A stretch of 64,000 nt of DNA from a virus. This document shows, piece after piece, positions 48,901 through 56,587 of the stretch. The notes under the pieces are model-generated. The model ran no database searches. It was given only the letters and a program-made list of their open reading frames with translations, and was not told where the DNA came from. Position numbers and translations under genes: made by a program. The stretch is taken from the IMG/VR virus record IMGVR_UViG_3300045988_171772, positions 64,001 through 128,000 of that record; one strand, given 5' to 3'. Numbering within the stretch: the first letter of the stretch is position 1; each line of letters starts with the position of its first letter.

Positions 48901-51318
48901 ACCTTGACTATTCAGAATAGACTGATCATTCTGCCACTGGGTATTTCCATCTCTGGGGATTCCTTGTTTATCCATGGGATAAATATCAGATCCACCAGGA
49001 GGTTGCAGATTGGCATCTCGATCGGTACCTTTAACGACTCTATCATCATGATCAATCGGCTTGATGATATATTTCTTACCATCCAGGACGATATTTCTTC
49101 TCTTTACGACACGAAGGCATCCAGGTTTACCATATCGATACTTCAATACAGCCAAACCGAATAATCCATCTTTGTCACCAGATTTATCAGCGGTGATAAA
49201 ATCGTATTGATCCGGATTGTAGGCATTATTCCGCATGATGTTCATCACATCAGCGACAGTCAGATGATCATATTCATACTTACTGACATTCTTCTTGAAG
49301 GAGCTTGCAACTCCCAAGACACCACCAGTAGTATCAACTGTATCATATCCTGAAATAAGACCGATCAATCCCAGACCAGCAGCTTCCACTTTAGAAGCAG
49401 CTTTGTTTCTCGTGTAAGTGGTACCGACACCTTCACTAGCAGCATATTTGATATTTTCGATATATCGATTCTTCTGCTTATTAGAGGCAAAGACAGTACC
49501 CTTTGCACGATCCATCAGCCTCTTGGTTTCTTCTGCAGCTTCCTCAGCTTTCTTCTTGTCTCTCTCCTGTTTTCTAGAGAGATCAGTAGCAGTATAAGAA
49601 GTACCAAGATCTTCCGGGCTAAATCCACCTTTGATAAAACCAAACTGGTTGGTTTCTCTCCGGTTAAATAGCTCGGATTCAGATTCTGTGAGTTCCATCT
49701 GCATCATATACTGACGCAGTTTTGTCACAGTTCCTTTGAAATAAATGACCAACTGAGAAATCTCAAATGGATTAAATCCCAGTTTCTCGAGTTCTTTACC
49801 ATAGGCTCTAGCAGCTTGGGTAAGATTCTTCTCTCCTTCGAGAGTTTTCTCACCATAGATCATAGGTTGCAAATGCTTCCACATGATCTTCTTTGCTTCA
49901 TCCTGTAAAGCCTCGTCATCCTGGAATTTACTTTCAAAGAAAATATTCGATTCAGCAGAAGCTCCACGGAATGCATCTGATGTGCGAGCTCTCAATCCTT
50001 CTCGAATCTGTTTCTTGTCCTTGAATGTCCCGGCGTCATAATCATAGAAGACGGGTTCCTTAGATCCTTTCCTCTTGGGAATATTCGAAGTATTCGCTTC
50101 GATCATTGCCAAGTAATGAGGAATGACTACCTCAAGAGCTCTCTTGGATTTACCATCCCAAGGAACTGCTCCCTTATAGTATTTCCCTAACTGGAAAGAA
50201 TCTTGCTTTCTTGCTCCAGCTCCTAACAGCTGACCAAGCATTCCTTTGATTCCGGATTCATTCCGCATGTCAGAAAGAGTCGATAATCCGCCCATCAAAG
50301 CCTGAGGAAGCAGATCATCGACTTTTGTGATAGCCTTCTGAATCTTCTTCGGAATCAATTTCTTCATTGCAGCATTCATGAGCATCTGAGTAGGCCGAAT
50401 CATAGATTTCGGTCCACCCATACCGCCCATCATATTTCCCATCATGGAACCCATACCCAGCATCATCTGCAGTTCAGACAGAGACGAGCTATTCTGGAAA
50501 TTCTCTTTGACGACGGAAATGTAGGAGGGAAGATCGAAAGAACCACCTGCCAGGAATGCATCCATAGCAGGAGTCTTACCCTTCTTCTTGGAGGGCTTAT
50601 ACATCTCCATCTGGACTTTCATGAAGGCATGAGCTGACTTCAAATAATCCAGATGTGCCTGGTTTACCTTACTCTGGTTATCATTCATGAATTTCACGAT
50701 ATTAACCAGGTTGGTATTGATCTGATCCAGGCGTTTATTTGTCTCTGTCAGAGAAGCACCCAGTTTATTGACTGCAATCATTCCGATGTTATTCGTCGTA
50801 TTCATGATTGCTTTGGCAGTATTTACCTGGGCCATCATCTGAGCCTTAGAGGATCTCTCTAATGTCTCAGCGATTCGATTGCTTCCTTCCAGGCTAACTT
50901 TTGCAGTTGCTTTCGCATCTGTGCTAAGATTTAATTTACGAACTTCCACACCACTCTCATTTTGATCTTCTGAGGTGGTGTAGTCACTTGAATCGAAATC
51001 AAAATCGTCACTACCAAAAAGATCACCAAAGTCATCCTTGGGAGTGGCGAAGTTACCGGTTTTGATATCATTGATCGTACCTTCAATGATATCATTGGCC
51101 TGCTTTTGAAGTTCTGTATAGTTGAGAGCACGATCGACTTGCTTACCTTTGGCACGATAGTCGCTCATGAAATCTCTCAGCTTATAGATTTCATCCGCAG
51201 CATCTTCTGTAATCTTGGTAGTATTGGGTGCTACCTCGGTCAGTACGTCCTTGGCAGAGTAACCAATCGACTTACCAAAATTAGCAAGCCAAGATGCCAC
51301 GCTATTTAAACGAGCCAA
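42994..51318 (-). CDS. giant tape-measure-like virion protein with two C-terminal papain-like cysteine peptidase domains
   Basis: 2774-aa ORF with a TTG start after GGTGAAG. Contains long charged coiled coils and Gly-zipper hydrophobic segments. Cys/His pairs: NSGCGPTALA...AGHIVTVTG (about 44540-44920) and GSIGCVHTSG...GGSHCVLATG (about 43930-44300). Confidence 0.8.
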   Translation of the reverse strand: MARLNSVASWLANFGKSIGYSAKDVLTEVAPNTTKITEDAADEIYKLRDFMSDYRAKGKQVDRALNYTELQKQANDIIEGTINDIKTGNFATPKDDFGDLFGSDDFDFDSSDYTTSEDQNESGVEVRKLNLSTDAKATAKVSLEGSNRIAETLERSSKAQMMAQVNTAKAIMNTTNNIGMIAVNKLGASLTETNKRLDQINTNLVNIVKFMNDNQSKVNQAHLDYLKSAHAFMKVQMEMYKPSKKKGKTPAMDAFLAGGSFDLPSYISVVKENFQNSSSLSELQMMLGMGSMMGNMMGGMGGPKSMIRPTQMLMNAAMKKLIPKKIQKAITKVDDLLPQALMGGLSTLSDMRNESGIKGMLGQLLGAGARKQDSFQLGKYYKGAVPWDGKSKRALEVVIPHYLAMIEANTSNIPKRKGSKEPVFYDYDAGTFKDKKQIREGLRARTSDAFRGASAESNIFFESKFQDDEALQDEAKKIMWKHLQPMIYGEKTLEGEKNLTQAARAYGKELEKLGFNPFEISQLVIYFKGTVTKLRQYMMQMELTESESELFNRRETNQFGFIKGGFSPEDLGTSYTATDLSRKQERDKKKAEEAAEETKRLMDRAKGTVFASNKQKNRYIENIKYAASEGVGTTYTRNKAASKVEAAGLGLIGLISGYDTVDTTGGVLGVASSFKKNVSKYEYDHLTVADVMNIMRNNAYNPDQYDFITADKSGDKDGLFGLAVLKYRYGKPGCLRVVKRRNIVLDGKKYIIKPIDHDDRVVKGTDRDANLQPPGGSDIYPMDKQGIPRDGNTQWQNDQSILNSQGEIKKKPKDTRTFKQKVRDKSTQVMTGKDPNAPSDNTNNDNGALGNGERLGGAPARRANNQNARRPGSNTNEASRRRSEDKNREKDTKASINIAIDELNKSAEAVEDVFTDGKEIAANLWQKIKAKVGFTKRTAMSAGIGGVLGSLFLPGGPIGGAILGATVGIATTGFDFKRLFFGSKTVDENGVVHVEKTGMVGQWTNMLQTEGKNLLKSSFDSVKNEVASYAKAQFAPIVAAFRDMGLKNPVTKSMVETIQNVGKNVISIITHPMQALNNGIVKITGAMLGATVKGGAFALKTAAKAATWIAAKPTQLIADLWNSRNAENPLEFLKNLRGQRRARRNARWGARAGYVRHGLLGNLKDSAKSAVTQKGGIRARIGAFKSSMAQGAESYYGAQYQDEKDRLDDIQSRMQSVDPMERQAAMEELLPKDRNGNVKDKAWNALPRDENGQIDPNALNEYIGKNYQKFINNKEQALAGLTGFAKYRAEKQNSKRQNRLDSVLSKYNRKDAYAAKDLTDKEYAKRRKDVEQYLERDAEGNIIDETYNRIENKEDFDKWMKNQEAFKKELQERDRIAAEKVEEEKEKAEAQATRKNQIALALGQISATLGIPLDESLIDTASDKASAIINAVNAAIEKKKQKMQDQAEEAKQQEEENKAEIAETEHRRKTAAANEDKADAADAQRRAREAEETASIQAQGKDKVKDSTGEEDEEPGKAEPVEGDAVAQEEEEEGGIGDILKKAGLAIGGITTVAALLNSETGRKLIGTLGEVLGKAVISLGGALAKGIGGAIMDGIEGIGDKVGDFLGQFVLGGDTKEFTKEEMEELNPDYVGAGTRVDENGNEVVTATVNTERGMMIPNFVRRKAAQTAVTGTDGDLARAGFKAGGTLVNKAGGAVLTAADVVHDVGVKASNAYGAAKAAVKGSKAGKALSWVGKGVDFVTDHIPIVKSIKKFGKATAAVGKGTATVGRGLTGLAQKGAGFLATKTKKAADFTTAKWASTNGSKVWESLTNLLDMLTEALDKFANCGPLKQLLKDVKPSELVKKIKDFISGIFNNLKTAIKNTKFATQISELITKFNASTAGQALKTAGAVITGVFTVASGALDAANLFMISEDDVDIGMRTVSAIISLLVEYLPFVGPAFDLVSSICELIGLPNFKRELAEVIYELIYKVFGLEKKGVKTIDQKQSEYEAEYQQYLKDNNLTEEDLSLTEYNDIVNQTIGSKAVNGVIGAAKRAGKAVSNWFSGIFGGNKKQDEETATAANTEGYGSGTDTSSKRYQQNKKDNMTASLSVAKEANKQSSRASLGNGGGALGYGPGGLKQDDPSYASLSLGTLPDGSPANMANSGCGPTALANAVNAAGGNANPGEVGRYARRNGMLTDGGANAKLFTEGARKYGMSGTEISGMDSLDASLDNGNPVIVSGKSMGYGSGCNSCDSLYTKAGHIVTVTGRTPDGMYTVDDGEGSSVVSPGMLQNGATHAYSMERLGGAHAMGTMASEGSTVSASGTTPANVVKDNGTTIQHGAYYFSQNGNSYSNMNLPPYKGTIGSIGCVHTSGTMAASTITGNAIDPGTFLNQYGNAATISNLQKAGVKVTRYPANGSQSAGTVDGTQYLDTIISALKQRKMVMMYGVGNNSNMYKYGMGGSHCVLATGLDANGNIIINDPYAPNPPYGQGSTAQTAWAPTASSINPMHWAQVIETPDGKGASGQLDPNVSSGMSVSASGASGATTGATDGTATAGATTGTTGAEGESESPSATNLFNAIFNSVGNIFNKVGTRVMNSVISGKSYDQVKADEEAAEENAAANGTATDTSVGYGMGMDKEPDPKILASMPGNTMEEKKLAYYQQQVARKKAQEKLPKGGAYKDYPLLGRGPEDAETTISDSGDKLDQMILLLTDIRDNTGNMVSGGALGGTTKKMETGKNTNASKEGKKSDTQRKQSAKDSAKQKLSTLNNGLNSDSLGRGNLRSTYAKIASY

Positions 51319-51352
51319 TTATGCTTCACCACGCTTTCTTTGGCTTTAAGCA

Positions 51353-51365
51353 TTAAAAAGCTGTT
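51353..51365 (-). promoter_or_regulatory. AACA-N6-TAA motif (candidate late-type promoter)
   Basis: Minus strand reads ATTTTAACAGCTTTTTAATGC, 34 nt upstream of the TTG at 51318. Confidence 0.45.
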
Positions 51366-51401
51366 AAAATAGCGCATTTTGAGGGCCTAGGAGCTTATTA
51401 T

Positions 51402-51469
51402 GAGAAATTTAAATGAGGATACCCAGATATGTCAGTGTATGACATCGGATATCCTCATTTAAATTTCTC
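51402..51469. repeat. nested long hairpin H1
   Basis: 20-bp perfect arms GAGAAATTTAAATGAGGATA (51402-51421) and TATCCTCATTTAAATTTCTC (51450-51469), with an apical ATGTCA/TGACAT stem. No T-run follows. Confidence 0.85.
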
Positions 51470-52885
51470 ACAATCAAATCCATCAAGAGAACCTACTCCT
51501 ACAATCATCCCGCCTATCTATATCAATGGGAAGATCTTCTTCCTTCTCCTATCTACTATCTAGATGATCAGGATACTCAAAGAGATTCTCTTCTGTATGA
51601 TAATCCTATAGAATTACTATCTTCTCCTCTATATAGAAGATCTGTCTTCTGGTACCATGAATTTCTATAGTATCTATTTCATTCTCGTTGACTTCCTATA
51701 GAAAAATACAGGGTCTATTTCCAAAATCCTTACTAGAGATACATCCTTACTCATGAAGGAGTATCCTCCATCTCTATAAAGAGTCTCTTCCTTTCCTCTG
51801 ATATCCATCTATAAGAAATATACAAACTTTCTATCCAGAGATTCTATTTCTATATCAATCCTTCCAGATTCTAGATCCAGGTAAGGGTGTCAGTGCTCAT
51901 GAAATATGTCTCTTTATCAATAGTCTGATATCGATCTCTATCTATAAATATTCCACTTTCGAATATCTCTATTAGATATCATCCTTCATACGCATTCTAT
52001 CTATATCCTAGAATTCGAGTGCCACAACAAACGATTCCTATTCTATAAGAAGAATTTGTATCTGGATGAATCTATCTATCGATATTCTAATCATAGGATC
52101 TCTATAAGATAAAAAATCAGTATTCTCGTTCTATTCATATCGATCCATATCTCATTTCTTAATCACACTATCTATCACTAGAATCCTTCTTGATTCATAA
52201 GAGACAGAATATCCTTCTAGAAGAATTTCTATATCCTCATAGAAGATAAGAGATTCCATTCTGATTCTCTCTATAAAGAAGATTCCACTCTTTCATTTTG
52301 GAATCTATCTCTATTGGAGATTTCTTCATAGTCTCTATACTTCTCTATCCTCAGTCTAAGAGAATGCCTTTGATTCTATAGAAATCTGATAGTAGATTCC
52401 TTCTCTATCTATAAGAATTGATTCAAGCAATCTATCGATATCAAATTCCAAGTCTCTCTTCTCATCCTTCTTCTAGTATAATAGAAAAGAATTCAGGTTC
52501 TCTTCTGCTATCCATAGAATCAGATTCAGAAAGTAGGATTTGTATTCTATTAGCATTTCTTCAATTGTGAGAATCTAAGAAATATTTTGTATATAAAAAA
52601 GACCAGGTATAATACTTAGTCTACATCTGAGAGGAATTGATCTAAGAAATCTATCAATTTGTATTCTATCCAACCAGATAGAGTACCACTCTATGATCAG
52701 ATAGAATAGTACCTCTCAGAAGGAAGGTGTAGATTCTTCATCTATCTTATTAGACTTCTCCTACTGATCGATCCACCTTCTGGAATTATCTCAGATAATC
52801 TCTTATATAGAGCTGAGACAATCGACACCATGAGTACCACTCATATGTCAATCGATTATGATTATGTCTCTCTTTAAGGAAAAAT
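51470..52885. other. 1.4-kb ORF-free, G-poor (plus strand), CTAT-rich tract
   Basis: No ORF of 60 aa or more in any frame. Hand counts give about 5-12% G against about 25% C on the plus strand. Dozens of CTATA/CTATC/TCTATAAG words with no regular period. Confidence 0.8.
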
Positions 52886-52930
52886 AAAGGATACCAGAAA
52901 TACAGAGATTCCCAGTATCCTTTATTTTTC
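52886..52930. terminator. bidirectional intrinsic terminator
   Basis: AAAGGATAC (52886-52894) pairs with GTATCCTTT (52915-52923), flanked by an A-run and a T-run. Confidence 0.65.
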
Positions 52931-52942
52931 CTTATTTAGACT

Positions 52943-53137
52943 TCATCGATCTTTACGTACCACATATTTCAGAGGATTCATACGGATAAAAGGATTGTCC
53001 GTATAAATCACATAATGGGTACTATGTAACCCTCTTTGTGCCTTCATTACATAAGGGCGATTTTTATAATCCGGAAAGTTTTGAATCAGATCTTCAGGCA
53101 TCTCGTTCATGAAATGAACTTCCAAAGTCATATTCAT
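52943..53137 (-). CDS. hypothetical small protein
   Basis: 64-aa ORF with SD TAGGAGGG. Confidence 0.5.
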   Translation of the reverse strand: MNMTLEVHFMNEMPEDLIQNFPDYKNRPYVMKAQRGLHSTHYVIYTDNPFIRMNPLKYVVRKDR

Positions 53138-53152
53138 TGGACCCTCCTAGGA

Positions 53153-53197
53153 ATATAAAAAAGAGAGTACCCATGCTGGATACATAGGTACTCTCTA
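53153..53197 (-). terminator. intrinsic terminator
   Basis: AGAGAGTAC (53162-53170) pairs with GTACTCTCT (53189-53197), with a T-run on the minus strand (rc of 53153-53161). Confidence 0.7.
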
Positions 53198-53236
53198 ATT
53201 GGGTTACATGATTGTCAGAAGGATGTCGGAAGAATT

Positions 53237-53803
53237 TTACTTCTTCTTGATGTCCTTCATCCAGGCCCGGGTGGTGTTCTTCGCCTTGACGATGCGGTGT
53301 TCCTTGGTGGTGACCACATTGCCAGTCGGGACAGATTCATAGGTACCGTCATCCTTCTGGACGATCTTGGTGGTTTCCTCAACCTTCTCAGGAACGGTCT
53401 CCAGACGGACAGACACGCGGGAGATGTCATCACCGATCTGAGGCTTGACCTTGGCACGACCAGTGCTCAGGTAGGCAGCCTCAGCCGCATCCGCAGCATT
53501 GTTGAAAGCCTCGCCATAGGACTTGGTGAAATCCAGCTTGCCAGCCAGAGCCGCAGTCTCGGCACGATCCAGGCCCATAGCCTTGCCGACGACAGAAGCG
53601 GTCGCATCACGGAAATCCGCAATGGGCGTAGTGGTGGTGGTCTCGACGGAGCCATTACCATCTTCCTTGTAGGCCGGCATCTGGAAATCGGGCGTATTCA
53701 GAATGTTGGCGGTGACTTCCGCCGCAACGCCAGAAGAATGACCACGGGTAGTGGTGGACTCTTTCAGACTATCCAGATATTTCTGGAATTCGATTGAATT
53801 CAT
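53237..53803 (-). CDS. hypothetical protein (very GC-rich, probably abundant)
   Basis: 188-aa ORF with SD ACAGGAGGAA. About 60% GC. Ala/Thr-rich. Confidence 0.7.
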   Translation of the reverse strand: MNSIEFQKYLDSLKESTTTRGHSSGVAAEVTANILNTPDFQMPAYKEDGNGSVETTTTTPIADFRDATASVVGKAMGLDRAETAALAGKLDFTKSYGEAFNNAADAAEAAYLSTGRAKVKPQIGDDISRVSVRLETVPEKVEETTKIVQKDDGTYESVPTGNVVTTKEHRIVKAKNTTRAWMKDIKKK

Positions 53804-53915
53804 AAGATATTCCTCCTGTTAGAGTTGAATTACGGTCTTCATACCTGAAAACCTTTAATATGATATACTCAGGGATATTTGAATTTACCTATCCAAACAC
53901 CCCTGAGTATTCCTC

Positions 53916-55211
53916 TCATTGTGTAACAGGACCGGGCGATTCTCCAGACTGAGTTTCTTCACTCTGGAGCCTCTGATAATCCGTCGGAGCCCGATTCACT
54001 TCCTCACGGTTGTAGGCATTGATCGGAGTTCCCGGATTGGTAGGATACGGAGTCTCTTCCTTGGGAGTCTGCTCATGGGCAGCTTCCTGCTCACGAGTCC
54101 TCTGAAGAATCTCTGCAGTGGTCGGCACTCCTGCGATCTTAGGATCATTCGGAGTATACGGAACCCCATTCATCATGTCCGCAATGTCACCGAACTGGGG
54201 GCCATTATAGGGTTCCTGAGGATCCTGACCATAATAAGGACGACCAGGACGAAGATTCGGAGTCTGATCCTCATATTCATCCTCGCCATCGAAATCGTCG
54301 ATGCGATCTTCCAGATCTCCAACCTTACGGCCAAGAGCCTGAATCATCTGAAGGATCTTTTCCTCTCCGGGACTAACCTGGATCTTCTGGGCTGCCTGAG
54401 GAGGATTTGCATACATGGGATTGGACTGGGGATTCTGACGATTCTGATTCATGATCATCTGAGCCAGAGTGTTGATGCTCTTCTCGATGTTCTCGAACCG
54501 TTCGTCATACTCATTCCCAGAGTCATCCTCACCGAAGTCGAGATTGTCCATATCATAGTCGTCCATATCGAAGGGACGCTGACGACGAGGACGGAATTCT
54601 TCAAAGTCGAAGTTATACGGATCCTCTTCCATATCCCAGGAGACATTCCCGATCGTACCACGATCAGCAAAGTTCTTGAGAGCAGCAAAGCGATCCTTAT
54701 AATCATCGACATCCGAACTCCGGATATTCAGATTATCCTGAAGACCTTCGATGGCATCCCGATACCGCTTATTCAGCCACTTCATCTCATCCTGAGACTT
54801 GTTGATCCGCTTATTGTGCTTAGACTTCTGATCGACACGAAGAGTACCACCAGTGGAAGCCAGCTTCTTCTGAGCTTTCTTGATGACCTTCTTCAGCTGA
54901 TCCTTTCTCTCCTGGACATCGACCAGAAGAGTCATGACCTCATAATAGGTATCATCACTCAGGAGAAGCCAAAGCTCTTTGATGCCGATCTCGTTAAAGA
55001 CCTGGACCACCTGGGACATCGTCTTGCAAGAGGCAGACCTTCTCGCAAAAGATTTGATCCCATACAGATCACGGAATACTCGATCCACATATTGAATTCG
55101 AGTGCAGGCCCCAGTCCGATCACAGCAAAGTTTCCGGATCCGATTCAGCATCGTCCGAATCAACCTTGCTGCTTTGGATCTTGGGGTCGTCGTTTTCCTA
55201 GAATCACTCAA
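53916..55211 (-). CDS. hypothetical protein with Pro/Gln-rich C-terminus
   Basis: 431-aa ORF with a TTG start 8 nt after AAGGAGGG. Confidence 0.7.
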   Translation of the reverse strand: MSDSRKTTTPRSKAARLIRTMLNRIRKLCCDRTGACTRIQYVDRVFRDLYGIKSFARRSASCKTMSQVVQVFNEIGIKELWLLLSDDTYYEVMTLLVDVQERKDQLKKVIKKAQKKLASTGGTLRVDQKSKHNKRINKSQDEMKWLNKRYRDAIEGLQDNLNIRSSDVDDYKDRFAALKNFADRGTIGNVSWDMEEDPYNFDFEEFRPRRQRPFDMDDYDMDNLDFGEDDSGNEYDERFENIEKSINTLAQMIMNQNRQNPQSNPMYANPPQAAQKIQVSPGEEKILQMIQALGRKVGDLEDRIDDFDGEDEYEDQTPNLRPGRPYYGQDPQEPYNGPQFGDIADMMNGVPYTPNDPKIAGVPTTAEILQRTREQEAAHEQTPKEETPYPTNPGTPINAYNREEVNRAPTDYQRLQSEETQSGESPGPVTQ

Positions 55212-55232
55212 TGGAGTTTCCCTCCTTTCTTC

Positions 55233-55835
55233 TTAGTATTCATCATCACCGATATCGATGAAGTCATCGGGGATCTCGATATCATCCATATCGTCTCCGA
55301 TCATCTCATCCAACTCATCGGGATGACGTTTCTTCTCTTTCTTTGGTTTGTTATCACCCAGAACGGTATTGGCCGGCGTTGCAATCTCCTTAAAGGGATC
55401 ACCAATGCCATGCTTGTCCAGGAATGTATCGCCGATCCGACTAATGTCCCTGGGAGAAAGCTCCCCAACATCTTTCAGCTGCTCAGCAACGAAATCCCAG
55501 ACATTCTTCGCAATGACGGAATCTTTGGTCTTGCCAATATCCTTCATCACGATTCCAATCGCAGCCCCTCTCATCGAATTCAGACGGCGGACAGACTGCG
55601 GATAGTCCTTGCATTTCTCGACCACTTCATCGATCTGGTCATTGATCGCCTTCTTATCATAGAAGGTAATCGGATCCCAACCAATAGCAGTCTCGAAAGC
55701 TTCACTCATTTCAACGGGATCATCCTTCGGGGTGGTAATGGCATAGAGAGCATCGAAGTTTTCCTTGAAGCTCTCCTCATCGTGCACTGCCTGGACAGCA
55801 GTGATTTGATCAAGAAATTCAGATAAGCTTTTCAT
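55233..55835 (-). CDS. hypothetical acidic protein
   Basis: ATG 55835 (MKSLSEF) lies 8 nt after GGAGG. 200 aa. Confidence 0.7.
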   Translation of the reverse strand: MKSLSEFLDQITAVQAVHDEESFKENFDALYAITTPKDDPVEMSEAFETAIGWDPITFYDKKAINDQIDEVVEKCKDYPQSVRRLNSMRGAAIGIVMKDIGKTKDSVIAKNVWDFVAEQLKDVGELSPRDISRIGDTFLDKHGIGDPFKEIATPANTVLGDNKPKKEKKRHPDELDEMIGDDMDDIEIPDDFIDIGDDEY

Positions 55836-55971
55836 AAAAGGCACCTCCGTGATTGCAGTAGAAGAATGTAGTTATTCTTCATCACTTGTGTGTTATACCC
55901 TTTATGACATTTAAAGTATTTCTGATGCTGGTCCGTCGATCTATCCAACACCAGTTTCTCATGAATCCAAT

Positions 55972-55985
55972 ATAATTATATATAG
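55972..55985 (-). promoter_or_regulatory. CTATATATAATTAT variant of the early-type motif
   Basis: Minus strand reads AAATTTCTATATATAATTATATTGG, upstream of gene 55233-55835. Confidence 0.35.
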
Positions 55986-56049
55986 AAATTTTCTCATTCT
56001 CCGAGTTGAGATTTATTGACTTCTGGAGAATGAGAAAAAGACAAAAGAA

Positions 56050-56088
56050 ATCCCTCCATAATGAGTTTTGATCTCACTATGGAGGGAT
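56050..56088 (-). terminator. intrinsic terminator for a minus-strand transcript from 56.1-57.0 kb
   Basis: 11-bp stem ATCCCTCCATA (56050-56060) pairs with TATGGAGGGAT (56078-56088), followed on the minus strand by TTCTTTTGTCTTTTTCTC. Confidence 0.7.
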
Positions 56089-56140
56089 TACCAACCGGCT
56101 CGTGCTTCACCTTTGTTCCAATCGTACATAGCTTGGCCTC

Positions 56141-56587
56141 CTAACCTTGATGTATTTTAACATCTGGCGTATGACATAACGTACAAACACGCATGGGATA
56201 GTATCGCAAGAACGCGTTCAAATCATGGCTAGCAATGGACTTGTACGAAACAGCCAAACATAGGAAGTCCCAGATGAATAAATCGATCCAGTATAAGATC
56301 CATTGCTGGCCATATTCACCAATGCGCAATCGTCTTGACATAGCATCAAGACGCCGTTGTAACGGGTCATATGAAAAGACGTAACGTGTCCTTTGTTTTG
56401 AGTATACCTCACAATGACTTATGGAAATGAAGAGATGAAATAGAATGAAGCCAGTTTCCATGAATGGACCTATCGCGATCTCATCGCGAGATGATTCCTC
56501 ATATACTGTCATGAAAATTAGGAGTTGCGCATAAACAGGATAGCGGCATATAATAATGCGGCGATTATGCGATGTAAATGATACCAA
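56141..56587 (-). CDS. doubtful ORF (hydrophobic, CpG-rich, no SD)
   Basis: 148 codons from a TTG with no SD. Codon usage (CGC, GCG, CCG) is unlike neighbouring genes. Its TAG overlaps the SD of a 13-codon ORF. Confidence 0.2.
   Translation of the reverse strand: MVSFTSHNRRIIICRYPVYAQLLIFMTVYEESSRDEIAIGPFMETGFILFHLFISISHCEVYSKQRTRYVFSYDPLQRRLDAMSRRLRIGEYGQQWILYWIDLFIWDFLCLAVSYKSIASHDLNAFLRYYPMRVCTLCHTPDVKIHQG

Noticed and set aside
51470-52885. Stop-codon reassignment (TAG recoding) hiding a gene in the ORF-free tract
   Set aside because: I hand-translated the minus strand. At 52261-52440 one frame showed only TAG stops. Followed between 52860 and 52500, the same frame also contains TAA (about 52858, 52616 and 52555) and TGA (about 52843 and 52699). 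The other frames mix all three stop codons. Flanking genes end normally in TAA, TAG and TGA.
51470-52885. CRISPR array
   Set aside because: Only short degenerate CTAT-type words recur. Spacing between copies is irregular (23-88 nt). There are no repeats of 24 nt or more, no unique spacers and no cas genes.
53919-55826. 635-aa plus-strand ORF
   Set aside because: It is antisense to two well-supported minus-strand genes (53916-55211 and 55233-55835). It has no SD and an Ile/Leu/Arg-rich shadow composition.
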